Assembly (NCBI GenBank): GCA_965237675.1 | Contig: OZ250150.1 | Location: 1,952,001-2,016,000, forward strand | Direction: 5' to 3' | Source: Candidatus Latescibacterota bacterium | GTDB lineage: Bacteria > Latescibacterota > UBA2968 > GCA-2709665 | Length of the DNA: 64,000 nt | In this document: piece after piece, positions 51,715 through 61,349 of the stretch | Position numbering within the stretch: position 1 is the first letter of the stretch | How the letters are laid out: the number at the start of each line of letters is the position of its first letter | Program-made: the position numbers and the translations under genes | The notes under the pieces: model-generated | What the model saw: only the letters and a program-made list of their open reading frames with translations | The model's database searches: none | What the model was told of the DNA's origin: nothing

Positions 51715-52830
51715 TCAATCGGTGTTCGGGTCAGTGCTGGAGCGATCTGCGGGCCCCTGCTTCAGATGGATGCTTCCATTCATGCTCCGCAGCTTCATAA
51801 CGGCATCCCCGCCTTCGCCGATGACGCCTTCAAGGCGGTTCCTGGCCTTGCGCGCGACAGCGACCGGGAAATCGGTATGCACGCGCCCATTGCGGGTTTC
51901 GGCGTCGACACGACCCGAAAAGTCGGACGGAAGCGTCAATTTGACGGAGCCGTTGGTTGCCATGGCAGTAACGGGGGCCTCGCATTCTCCCACGTGCATT
52001 TCTATCGATCCGTTGGTGGTCAAAAAGCTCGCGGCGTTGACGAGTCGCCCGATATCCGCTCTGATTTTCCCGTTGACGGTTTGCGCTTCAATTGGGCCTG
52101 TTTCACTTTCCAGGGCCACCGAGCCGTTGACGCTTTCCGCACTGACCGGGCCATCGATTCCGTAGACTTTGATGTTGCCCTGGACCGTGCAGAGACGGAC
52201 GGCCAGCGCGCGCGGCGTCTCGATTTCATAACGAATAACGACATTGACGCCGCCGGGCGGCGTGGGATGGTCGGCGAAAATCCGAAGCTCGTCTCCGACC
52301 TGTTCGGCGCGGACTTCCACTTCCCGGGCGAAATCTTCCGTTACGGAGCGTCGCCCGTGAACCGCTTTCCACGTACGGACGACGATCCGGTCGCGGTCCG
52401 TGCCTTTGAGCGAGATCGAGCCGTTGACGGTTTTCGCGTCGATCTTCGCAATGCCGTTGGCATCAAACGTCCATTCCTGGTGTTCCCCTGCCTGCCGTTC
52501 TCTATTGTTTTCTTTTCTCCCGGTAGTGAAATCGGAGACCGATGATGCCACCTGATCGGCCACCTCGTCCACGATCTTCCCGACGTTCGGCCACCGGACC
52601 GACTCAAACGCTTTGCCCACCTCGTTCTCTATCTCTCGCCCGACTTCGCTGAAGATTTCCGTGAACCTGTCAAAAGTCTCTTTTCCCTTTCCCGGCCTGC
52701 TTCGTTCGGTTCCAGGTCCTTCGTCCGTGTCGGATGGCTCATCGAGCGCGCGCAATAACATCTCGGCCTCTTCGGGGTTGATTTTCCCCTCCGAAAGCAT
52801 CTTGAGGATTTCAAGTCTTTCCCCGCTCAT
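51715..52830 (-). CDS. DUF4097 beta-strand repeat protein with N-terminal SHOCT-like domain (YvlB/LiaX-like)
   Basis: ERLEILKMLSEGKINPEEAEMLLRAL; repeated TVNG/SVNG/TTNG strands. Confidence 0.85.
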   Translation of the reverse strand: MSGERLEILKMLSEGKINPEEAEMLLRALDEPSDTDEGPGTERSRPGKGKETFDRFTEIFSEVGREIENEVGKAFESVRWPNVGKIVDEVADQVASSVSDFTTGRKENNRERQAGEHQEWTFDANGIAKIDAKTVNGSISLKGTDRDRIVVRTWKAVHGRRSVTEDFAREVEVRAEQVGDELRIFADHPTPPGGVNVVIRYEIETPRALAVRLCTVQGNIKVYGIDGPVSAESVNGSVALESETGPIEAQTVNGKIRADIGRLVNAASFLTTNGSIEMHVGECEAPVTAMATNGSVKLTLPSDFSGRVDAETRNGRVHTDFPVAVARKARNRLEGVIGEGGDAVMKLRSMNGSIHLKQGPADRSSTDPNTD

Positions 52831-52832
52831 TG

Positions 52833-53222
52833 TTATTTCCTCCTCCGTTGCTTTATCAGCTCGGCCGCTTCCGCCGCGGACAGTTCCCCTCTATTGAGTT
52901 GTTTCAGGATCTCGCTGCGTCTCTCCGTGACATCGTCGGAGACCGTCGACTCCGTCCTGACTTCATAGCCAAGCTCCGCGATCACCGAATTCAAGCGGTT
53001 GCGAACCGTGGGATAGGAGATCCCGAGTTCGCGTTCCATTTCCTTGATGTTGCCCCGGTTCTTGACAAAGATCTCAATGAAGTCGAGGTCCTGCTGGGAC
53101 AGACGACAGAAGGGACACGTCGAATATTGACTCTCGATTCTGGTGTGGCAGGCGTGACACTGCAAACCGGATATCGTCAGTTCGCCGTCGCATGTCGGAC
53201 ATTTCTCCAATACCTTCCGCAC
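52833..53222 (-). CDS. DUF2089 family Zn-ribbon/HTH protein
   Basis: CPTC..CHAC, GNIKEMERELGISYPTVRNRL, C-terminal SHOCT-like helix. Confidence 0.88.
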   Translation of the reverse strand: MRKVLEKCPTCDGELTISGLQCHACHTRIESQYSTCPFCRLSQQDLDFIEIFVKNRGNIKEMERELGISYPTVRNRLNSVIAELGYEVRTESTVSDDVTERRSEILKQLNRGELSAAEAAELIKQRRRK

Positions 53223-53574
53223 GGTTGGGTTACTCCTTCATCGGTTGAAGATGCTGGACTGAGCGGCGCGAATACGGGAGGTGACCGCGTCCGCCCGCTG
53301 CTGGCAGCGCTTGTGAAGACTTCGATGCGTCGGACCTGTTTTCATGCCGGATGTGTCGAACGGCGAATTGCTCCGACGGTTCCGGGTTTATAGTCTGCAT
53401 CGCCCGCACGGAGGTGACCTCGTCCGCCAAAGGAGCTTGCGCCCGATCAGGGCCGGGGGTATCTTGACTGCCGGCCGACTACCGAGACGTAGAAGGACCA
53501 CCGACGGTCTGCCGTTCGGTCAGTAGGCCCAAGGTTACACAACCCATGGTCTGGTCGATGTGAGCGGTCTGAAC

Positions 53575-53700
53575 GAAATATATCATGATAACATTAATAT
53601 ATCAATGTATTTTGTCAAATTATGTCGTAAATATGCAAATATTAAGAAAAATCGTAAAATAAACTATAAATATTCAATCTGTTTGTCAGGATCGAATATT
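53575..53700. promoter_or_regulatory. AT-rich divergent promoter region
   Basis: Minus strand TTGATA-17-TATATT and a nearby TTGACA; palindrome TATCATGATA at 53581-53590. Confidence 0.45.
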
Positions 53701-53903
53701 CTGATGTGGCATTCAGGCGACCCCGGCGGCCCAAAGGTGCTTTCATCGATTCCACGGCGTTGATGAATTTCACATCGCGGCAGGTAAGTACCGGAGGGAC
53801 GACGGCCCGGGCCGGCAAGCGCAACGGATTTGAGCGAAGGCAATTAACGGCGTTCTGACCCACGTCGTGTCGGATCGTTAACGCATCGGGAGGCGGAAGG
53901 GCG

Positions 53904-55082
53904 ATGACAGCAGGCGATCTTGAATATGCGATGTTCTCCCGGGCTGAGATGGAGCGAAGGTACGCCCGCGCGCGGGTGGAGATGGACCGGCGCGGGATGG
54001 CCGCGTTGCTGGTTACCGGCGAGGAGAATTTCCAGTATTTCGCGGGGACGGCGGCGAGTGTGGCCCTGCACGCGTCGCTGACCCGGCCGTCGGTCTTTAT
54101 CCTGCCGCTGGAGGGGGAGCCGATTGTTGTCACGCAGGGCCAGGACAATCTGACGCTGGGTTCCTATGTGACCGATGTCCGGGGTTACGGGGAGCTGTTC
54201 GAGTTTCCGCAAGCGGCCGTGGTCCGGGCACTGATGGATGCGGGCGTGTCAGGACGGACCGTGGGTGTGGAATTGAGGCTGGAACAGCGGATGGGAATGC
54301 CGGTGGGGGCGTATCAGGATCTGACCGGGGCGTTGCCGGATGTCGCGTTTGAGGACGCGGCGGAGGTGATCGTACCTCTGCGGATGGTGAAGTCGGAGGA
54401 GGAACTTGCCTATATCCGGCAGGCGGGAGACGTGACGGGCCGGGCCCGGCAGCGGCTGTTCGGGATGATTAAACCCGGGATGACGGAACGGGATACCGCC
54501 CGCCTGATGCGGCGGCTGATTCTGGAAGAGGGCGGCGATGGGACTTCGTTTGTCATGTTGTTGTTGGGCCTTCCGGGATCGCGGAACCCGTTCGGTTACG
54601 ATAGGCCGCTGGAAGCAGGTCAGGTAGTCGGTGTGGATACGGGCGCCCGTGTAGGCATGTATACAGTTGACTACACGCGCTGGGTCACCCTGGGCCGGGC
54701 GACGGAACCGTTGAGACGGATGTACGACGCGCTGCTGGTGGTGAATCGCGCGATGGCGGCGGCCCTCGGCCCCGGCGTGAGATGCTCCGAAATTTACCGG
54801 GTGGGGACCGAGGCGATCGAAAGCGCTTGTTCGGGACGGGTTGGACTGGCGCGATTCGGTCCCGCCAGGATGGGCCATGGTCAGGGAATGCTGGTGACCG
54901 AGCCGCCGAGCATTCATCCGGGCGATCAGACGCCGCTGGAGCCCGGGATGGTCCTCAGCACCGAGCCCGGGTTGGCCGCGGAAGGCGTTCAGATGCTGTG
55001 GGAGGACGTTTTCGTGATTTCGGAGAACGGGAGTGAACAGATCACCCGGGAGAGCGACGAACTTTGCGAACTGCTCTCCTGA
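53904..55082 (+). CDS. M24 family Xaa-Pro peptidase/creatinase-like protein
   Basis: LRMVKSEEE; metal ligands in VDTG, VDYTR, MGHG, STEPG, WEDV. Confidence 0.9.
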   Translation: MTAGDLEYAMFSRAEMERRYARARVEMDRRGMAALLVTGEENFQYFAGTAASVALHASLTRPSVFILPLEGEPIVVTQGQDNLTLGSYVTDVRGYGELFEFPQAAVVRALMDAGVSGRTVGVELRLEQRMGMPVGAYQDLTGALPDVAFEDAAEVIVPLRMVKSEEELAYIRQAGDVTGRARQRLFGMIKPGMTERDTARLMRRLILEEGGDGTSFVMLLLGLPGSRNPFGYDRPLEAGQVVGVDTGARVGMYTVDYTRWVTLGRATEPLRRMYDALLVVNRAMAAALGPGVRCSEIYRVGTEAIESACSGRVGLARFGPARMGHGQGMLVTEPPSIHPGDQTPLEPGMVLSTEPGLAAEGVQMLWEDVFVISENGSEQITRESDELCELLS

Positions 55083-55176
55083 ACGGTCGATGCCTGTTGA
55101 TATTGCGGACGCCATGGGTTAGCTTGTGGATGAATCCGGATTGCGAACCGGGATCTTGAGATCCGCGGGGCCACAA

Positions 55177-57390
55177 ATGTCAACCGAAAGCGTCTTACCG
55201 GGAACAGACCGGCTCGTCACTGACGGCGACCTGGCTGCCGCCATGGTCGCCGGAATGGATCGTTACCTCGGGCGTGAAACTCGATCCGCGCGCAAGGACC
55301 GCGATTCTCAAAGAGATACGGCGTCGGACGAAGCACTCCGGCAGCGCCTCTCGGAGATGCTGGGTCTAATCGACTCCCGCGAAAGCGAAGCCATCCGGAT
55401 CGTCTCACCCGTTGACGTGCCGGCCGAAGTGGCCTCGGGTCGGGGCTACCGGATTTACGAGGTGCGCTGGCCCGCGCTCAAGGGTGTCGACGGCGAGGGC
55501 CTCCTGCTGCAGCCCGAAAGGCCGCCGGTTGCGAACGTCATCGCCCTGCCGGACTGCGATGTCTCGCCCGAGCAATTCACAGGACTGCATCCTGGCGTTC
55601 CGGCATCCGCCCAGGCTGCCCGGCGCCTGGCCGAAACCGGATGCCGCGTCCTCGTTCCTCTTCTGATGGATCGTCGGTGCGATTACTCGGGGCATCCCGA
55701 CATCGGCATGACCAACCAGCCTCACCGGGAGTTCATCTACCGTGCCGCGTATGAATTGGGCCGCCATATCATCGGGTACGAAATTCAGAAGATCTTCGCG
55801 GCGGTCGACGCCCTGGTTTCCGACGACCTTCCCATAGGCCTGTTCGGACACGGGGAGGGCGGCCTTCTCGCGTTCTACGGCGCTGCGTTGGACGCTCGCA
55901 TCCGGGCAACTGCGGTTTCCGGTTACTTCCAACCCCGGGAAGACCTCTGGCGCCAACCCATCTACCGGAATCTCTTCGGCCTGCTCAGGGCATTCGGCGA
56001 CGCGGAAATCGCGGCCCTCGTCGCCCCGCGCGCGCTTGTTGTGGAGATCGCCGACCATCCCGAAATCACCGGACCCCCGGAGGTGGAGAACAGAAGTCAG
56101 ACCGCCGCGCCGGGCCGCCTCACGACGCCGCATCCGGAAACTGTCGAGGCGGAATTCGACCGTGCTCGACAGTTGGCAGCCGGAACGACACACTCGTTCG
56201 TGCTGACCAGAAGCCAGGACGGGACGCCCGGCGCCGACGCGACGCTGGGAGCGTTCCTGAACGCCCTCGGTGCGTCTTCATCTTCGGCGGCGTCGACGGT
56301 CCTGCCAACTCGCGTTCGCGACGGTGTATCTCCCGAGGTCCGCGCAAAGCGGCAATTCAATCAACTCCTTGATCACACCCAATTCGCCCTGAGGGAAGCC
56401 GAGTTTCGACGGGCCGACTATTGGGCCGAAGCCGGGGGATCCGGTGCCGGCATCGATCCCAAACGGGTCGAGAACTACCGCCGGCGGCTCTGGAACGACG
56501 TTATCGGTCCCCTACCGCCCGTCTCGCTGCCACCCAACCCGCGCACCCGGTTATTCTTTGACGAACCTGAAGTCACGGCTTACGAGGTAATGCTCGACGT
56601 CTATCGCGATGTCTTCGCGTACGGCATCCTGCTGATCCCCAAACGCATCTGCAACAACGAGAGGCATCCCGTTGTAGTCTGCCAGCACGGTTTGGAAGGG
56701 CGTTCCCAATCCGTGGTCGACCCCGACGGCCCGCGACACCCTTATCGAAACTTTGCATACACACTGGCGAGAGAGGGTTTCGTCACGTATGCCCCGCAGA
56801 ATCCCTACATCGGACAGGATGCCTACCGGGTGCTCCAGCGCAAGGCCAATCCGCTGAAACTTTCGCTGTTTTCCTTCATTGTCCGGCAGCACGAACAGAC
56901 GCTCGCCTGGTTGTCCTCCCTGCCGTTTGTGGATGCCGACCGCATCGGATTCTACGGCATCAGCTACGGGGGGAAGACCGCAATGCGGGTTCCCGCCCTC
57001 CTGAAACACTACTGTCTCTCCATCTGTTCGGCGGACTTCAACGAGTGGATCTGGAAGAACGCTTCCGCCCGCCACAAATACAGTTATCTTTTCACCCGCG
57101 AATATGAAATGCCCGAATTCAACCTCGGCAATACGTTCAACTACGCCGAAATGTCCTGGCTGATCTGTCCGCGCCCTTTTATGGTCGAACGCGGCCACCA
57201 CGACGGCGTCGGCCCCGACGAATGGGTGGCCTACGAATACGCGAAGACATACAGGCACTACGCGCTTCTCGGCCTCGCAGACCGCACGGAAATCGAATAC
57301 TTCAACGGCCCCCATACGATCAACGGCGTGGGCACCTTTGCGTTTTTGCGTAAACACCTGAAGACGGGAGATGTAAGAGGAGAGACGTGA
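55177..57390 (+). CDS. Tandem alpha/beta-hydrolase (dienelactone hydrolase-like) protein
   Basis: Two hydrolase modules with elbows FGHGEGG and YGISYGG; VCQHGLEG; ERGHHDG; FNGPH. Confidence 0.8.
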   Translation: MSTESVLPGTDRLVTDGDLAAAMVAGMDRYLGRETRSARKDRDSQRDTASDEALRQRLSEMLGLIDSRESEAIRIVSPVDVPAEVASGRGYRIYEVRWPALKGVDGEGLLLQPERPPVANVIALPDCDVSPEQFTGLHPGVPASAQAARRLAETGCRVLVPLLMDRRCDYSGHPDIGMTNQPHREFIYRAAYELGRHIIGYEIQKIFAAVDALVSDDLPIGLFGHGEGGLLAFYGAALDARIRATAVSGYFQPREDLWRQPIYRNLFGLLRAFGDAEIAALVAPRALVVEIADHPEITGPPEVENRSQTAAPGRLTTPHPETVEAEFDRARQLAAGTTHSFVLTRSQDGTPGADATLGAFLNALGASSSSAASTVLPTRVRDGVSPEVRAKRQFNQLLDHTQFALREAEFRRADYWAEAGGSGAGIDPKRVENYRRRLWNDVIGPLPPVSLPPNPRTRLFFDEPEVTAYEVMLDVYRDVFAYGILLIPKRICNNERHPVVVCQHGLEGRSQSVVDPDGPRHPYRNFAYTLAREGFVTYAPQNPYIGQDAYRVLQRKANPLKLSLFSFIVRQHEQTLAWLSSLPFVDADRIGFYGISYGGKTAMRVPALLKHYCLSICSADFNEWIWKNASARHKYSYLFTREYEMPEFNLGNTFNYAEMSWLICPRPFMVERGHHDGVGPDEWVAYEYAKTYRHYALLGLADRTEIEYFNGPHTINGVGTFAFLRKHLKTGDVRGET

Positions 57391-57423
57391 GAAGTAGGAA
57401 GACCACACCGCAACCCGGCCGCC

Positions 57424-57585
57424 GTAGGGGCAACCCTTGTGGTTGCCCACGTCGCGTCGCGGTAACAACGGCTCACACAAAAATAGCGGTCAGTGGACAG
57501 CCAACACCGCCTTGCGATGCGGGCAGCCGATATCGATTCGCGGATGCCTGGTTATTGTAGGGGCGACCGGCCGGTCGCCCCTACA
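57424..57585. repeat. GTAG-type REP-like palindromes
   Basis: 57424-57448 is the exact reverse complement of 26954-26978. 57556-57585 is a perfect 30-bp palindrome. Confidence 0.8.
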
Positions 57586-57712
57586 GATCCCGCTCGGCGG
57601 ACCTTTCCGATCTACCATTACTACCGTCCGGTGGCCGGGACGGGGATTTTCCGCCTGCAAACGGCCTTTCGTCGATTGGCAAATTGAAGTCAAACGAATG
57701 AGGATGGTACCA

Positions 57713-58753
57713 ATGCCAAACGCCGCGTGGGTAAACGTGATCGAAGACGACCGCAGAATTAAAATCGAAACCGCCGAACTCGAAGCCGTGATTCCGAAGA
57801 AGGAACCGAAGCGGTGGATGACGGGAATCGAAAAGGGCTCGTTTGTCGACAGAACCACCGGTTTCCGGGAGGCGGGCGACGGTTTGATGGTGGTCGACTG
57901 GCTGATGGAAGCCGGAAGCGATGAATCCTACGGCGCCAGCGTGTTTGCCGATGACGGGCACGGCGTGGGCAAATACCGCTGGTATGAGACCGAGACGGAA
58001 CCGGAAGCGCGTTCGTACGCCATCATGGCCCATGGAAGCAGCCATCGCAAGCGCATGGTCGAGGGACCGCAACTCTGCCACAGAATGAAACCCGTTCAGC
58101 CGGATGTAATCCACGGGACCGACTTCATCGCCGTGAGGACCCGGTATCGTTTCGAGTATGCGGCGCCGGGCCGAAACGCGGGGTCGCAATGGACACAGTT
58201 GATCGTGTTTCCCAGGGGCGAACGGTTTTTCGTATTGATGGACGAAATCCGATGCGTAAACGATTCAACGGAGATGTTTCTGAGGAACGACACCCCGGGT
58301 TGTGTCCGCCACAGCCACGGCGATACGTTCAGCGAGATGTATCTCAGCTATCTGAGCGGCCCCGGCGGCCTGCGCATTCCGTCCAGTGAATTCTTGAGTC
58401 CGTTTCCCCCCGACCGGAAATTCGGATATCGCCGCGACCTGAACAGAGCCCCTGATCATTTCATCCGCGCCTACCGCCTGCGCGATCCGGAAACAGGCGA
58501 CATCGGGCCATGGCTGGCCGGCCTTACGCTGGATCCCTCGGTCGTCTACGAAGCCTGGTGCAGCCAGCGGCCTGGCGATATCATCGTGATGATTCAGGAA
58601 ATCCACGGAAAACCCGTAAAAGCGGGCGATGTGTTCAGCGCGGCGCACATCGTGGGCTACTTCGATAGCATAGAGGACATGCACAGGGTATATGATCGCC
58701 ACAAGGGCCACACCAGGCTGGCGGTCGACAAATCGGGCTGGACACTGCAATAG
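57713..58753 (+). CDS. Hypothetical protein (beta-rich)
   Basis: Long ORF with host-like codon use; start chosen after GAGGA. The upstream extension crosses REP repeats. Confidence 0.65.
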   Translation: MPNAAWVNVIEDDRRIKIETAELEAVIPKKEPKRWMTGIEKGSFVDRTTGFREAGDGLMVVDWLMEAGSDESYGASVFADDGHGVGKYRWYETETEPEARSYAIMAHGSSHRKRMVEGPQLCHRMKPVQPDVIHGTDFIAVRTRYRFEYAAPGRNAGSQWTQLIVFPRGERFFVLMDEIRCVNDSTEMFLRNDTPGCVRHSHGDTFSEMYLSYLSGPGGLRIPSSEFLSPFPPDRKFGYRRDLNRAPDHFIRAYRLRDPETGDIGPWLAGLTLDPSVVYEAWCSQRPGDIIVMIQEIHGKPVKAGDVFSAAHIVGYFDSIEDMHRVYDRHKGHTRLAVDKSGWTLQ

Positions 58754-59029
58754 TGTTCTGTCCCGGAAATATGTCACCATTCTTCCCTGCCTGTGCGTGA
58801 GGCAGCACGCACAGGCAGGCGTCGGTTCATCCCGTGTCAATGCGTTGCTCTCGGTGAAAGCGCATCCATACGACGCCGGAACGACGTCACGCGCAATTCG
58901 CTCCCGCACGAACGCGGGTCAGGACTTTTCCCGTCCGCGCAAGGCATTTTACCACGGTGCCAACGAGGGTATTGTGTGGATCGGTAACATATCTCGAACA
59001 GAGGATCATTTCATACGGGAGAGCTCGCG

Positions 59030-59971
59030 ATGAACGAAGAGGCGAAGGGCCGGGACTGGGTGTGTGTTACGGAGAAGGCGGCATGGCAGGCGCGTGATTC
59101 GCAGGGGGAGATGGTGTACGACGGCCACATGTGGATTCTGGGAGGCTGGTTCACCCCCCAGACACCCAATCCGCGGGACGTCTGGAAGTCGTCCGACGGG
59201 GAACATTGGACACGTACGGTGGAGGTTGCACCCTGGGCACACGGCGATCTGCCGGCAACCATGCCGTTCAAGGGCAGGATGTGGCTGATGGGAGGGCGGA
59301 AATTGCCCGGCGCTGAGAATACGAACACGGTATGGTCATCGCCCGACGGCGCGGATTGGGACCTGGAAACGGATAATCCGGGCTGGTGCCCGCGGGTATC
59401 ACCGTCGTTTGTCGTGTTCAAGGACCGCATGTGGATCATGGGGGGAACCGAAAATTTCTACCAGGACGACGACACGACGCTCAAGAACGACGTCTGGTCC
59501 ACCGCCGATGGCAGGAATTGGAGACTCGAAATCGAGAATGCGGCCTGGTCGAAACGAACGCACGCACAGGCCGTGGTCTTCAGGAACAAAATCTGGATCA
59601 TGGGTGGTGGTGCATGGCAACCCGAAACCATTCCGCTCAACGACGTATGGTGTTCGGAAGACGGCGCGAACTGGACCCAGGTAACGGCCGAAGCGCCATG
59701 GAAGAAGCGCATGTGGTTTTCACTGGTCGTCTATCGAGGCCATATGTGGGTCCTGGGTGGATGGTCGCGACAGGACGGGAACTTCGGCGATGTCTGGTAC
59801 TCAAAGGACGGCGCGAACTGGACGGAACTCGAATCCGACGTGATCTGGACAAAGCGCCACGAGCATTCGGCCTACGTGTTCAAGGACAGAATCTGGCTCG
59901 CGGGCGGGCACGCCGAGCCTTTGAACAGCGAGGTCTGGTCCCTGGAACTTCCACCCGATTGGCCGGGTTGA
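59030..59971 (+). CDS. Kelch-repeat beta-propeller protein
   Basis: Six repeats of the type MWxxGG...DVWxSxDGxxW. Confidence 0.88.
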   Translation: MNEEAKGRDWVCVTEKAAWQARDSQGEMVYDGHMWILGGWFTPQTPNPRDVWKSSDGEHWTRTVEVAPWAHGDLPATMPFKGRMWLMGGRKLPGAENTNTVWSSPDGADWDLETDNPGWCPRVSPSFVVFKDRMWIMGGTENFYQDDDTTLKNDVWSTADGRNWRLEIENAAWSKRTHAQAVVFRNKIWIMGGGAWQPETIPLNDVWCSEDGANWTQVTAEAPWKKRMWFSLVVYRGHMWVLGGWSRQDGNFGDVWYSKDGANWTELESDVIWTKRHEHSAYVFKDRIWLAGGHAEPLNSEVWSLELPPDWPG

Positions 59972-60044
59972 TCCGTCCGCTCGTGCGCCGAAATCACCCG
60001 GTCCCGGTTTCCGGATCGATTCCGATGTCAGGAGGAATATCACA

Positions 60045-61232
60045 ATGAAAATCAAGTCCATCCGCGCCGTACACGTAAACTTTCCCGATACGTACGGTCA
60101 CGCGAAGCCCTCCACCGGGGAATTCAAGACGGCGCGGCGTCCGTCGTGGGTCGAGCAGGGACCCGTTGCCAATCCGATGACACGCTATCCGCGTTACGCC
60201 GCATTTCGTCCGTCCTGGCTGCCGAAATGGGGCGGCTTCGGCTGTGTCGTCGAATCCGAAGACGGCACTCTGGGTTTCGCCACCGCCAGCCACGGCCGTC
60301 CGGTGGCGGCCATCATCGACGATTTTCTCGGACCGCGGCTGGTGGGCGAGAGTTGCCTGGCAACGGAAAAGTGCTACGATATGATGGTGCGGATGGGGGC
60401 CTCATACGGCGCCACCGGTTTGCATGCCTACGCCGTCAGCGCCATCGATCTGGCGTTGTGGGATCTGAAGGGTAAACTGCTGGATCGGCCGGTCTACGAA
60501 CTACTTGGCGGACCGGCGCGTGACGAGATGTTCTGCTATGCCACGGGCGGTGACGCCGACTGGTACCTGGAACTCGGGTTCGAGGCCATCAAGTTGCCGT
60601 GCCCGTACGGTCCGGCTGACGGCCTGGACGGCCTCCGGAAAAACGTGGATCTTGTGGCGGGCACGCGGGACCTCGTGGGTGCCAACGTGGAACTCATGCT
60701 GGACTGCTGGATGGCGTTCGACGTGGAGTACGCCGTACGCCTGGCGGAGGAACTGCGTCCCTGCAAACTCAAATGGATGGAGGAAATGCTCCGTTCGGAG
60801 GATCTCGACGCCCACGCCGAGTTGCGTCGCCGGCTTCCCTGGCAGACGCTGGCTACGGGTGAACACTGGTACACGACCGTTCCGTTCCAGCACGCGGCGG
60901 GCCGCCACCTCCTGGATATCTTCCAACCCGATATCAACTGGGTGGGCGGTTTGACCGCGGTGGTCAAGATCTGCGCGATCGCCGAGGCGGCCGGCATTTC
61001 GGTGATTCCCCACGGTGGTGGCAATACGCCCTATGGCCAGCACGTCTGCTACGCGATGCCCGCCATTCCGTGGACCGAGTGCTTCGTGGCCAGCCCGCCC
61101 GGCGTCGACCCGGAAGAATCCGCGCGGCCCCCCGGCGTTTCCGTCCCCAGGGGCGGACGAATGAAGCCGGTGGACGGGCCCGGTTTCGGCGTGGAAGTCA
61201 CCGAGGCGCAGTTGTCGCCTTTTCGCTATTAG
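60045..61232 (+). CDS. Enolase-superfamily acid-sugar dehydratase, L-rhamnonate dehydratase-like
   Basis: SAIDLALWDLKG, KLPCPYGP, LMLDCWM, KWMEE, TGEH, QPD. Confidence 0.88.
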   Translation: MKIKSIRAVHVNFPDTYGHAKPSTGEFKTARRPSWVEQGPVANPMTRYPRYAAFRPSWLPKWGGFGCVVESEDGTLGFATASHGRPVAAIIDDFLGPRLVGESCLATEKCYDMMVRMGASYGATGLHAYAVSAIDLALWDLKGKLLDRPVYELLGGPARDEMFCYATGGDADWYLELGFEAIKLPCPYGPADGLDGLRKNVDLVAGTRDLVGANVELMLDCWMAFDVEYAVRLAEELRPCKLKWMEEMLRSEDLDAHAELRRRLPWQTLATGEHWYTTVPFQHAAGRHLLDIFQPDINWVGGLTAVVKICAIAEAAGISVIPHGGGNTPYGQHVCYAMPAIPWTECFVASPPGVDPEESARPPGVSVPRGGRMKPVDGPGFGVEVTEAQLSPFRY

Positions 61233-61349
61233 GACAACGGGTAGATTGCCGGATTGCGACGAGCGTCGCTATCGCCTCAGTGGGCAGAAGTCCGGTTTGT
61301 CGCCGGGTCTCGCGCACGGCGGTTGTCCACGAACACCCGAGGATCTACG

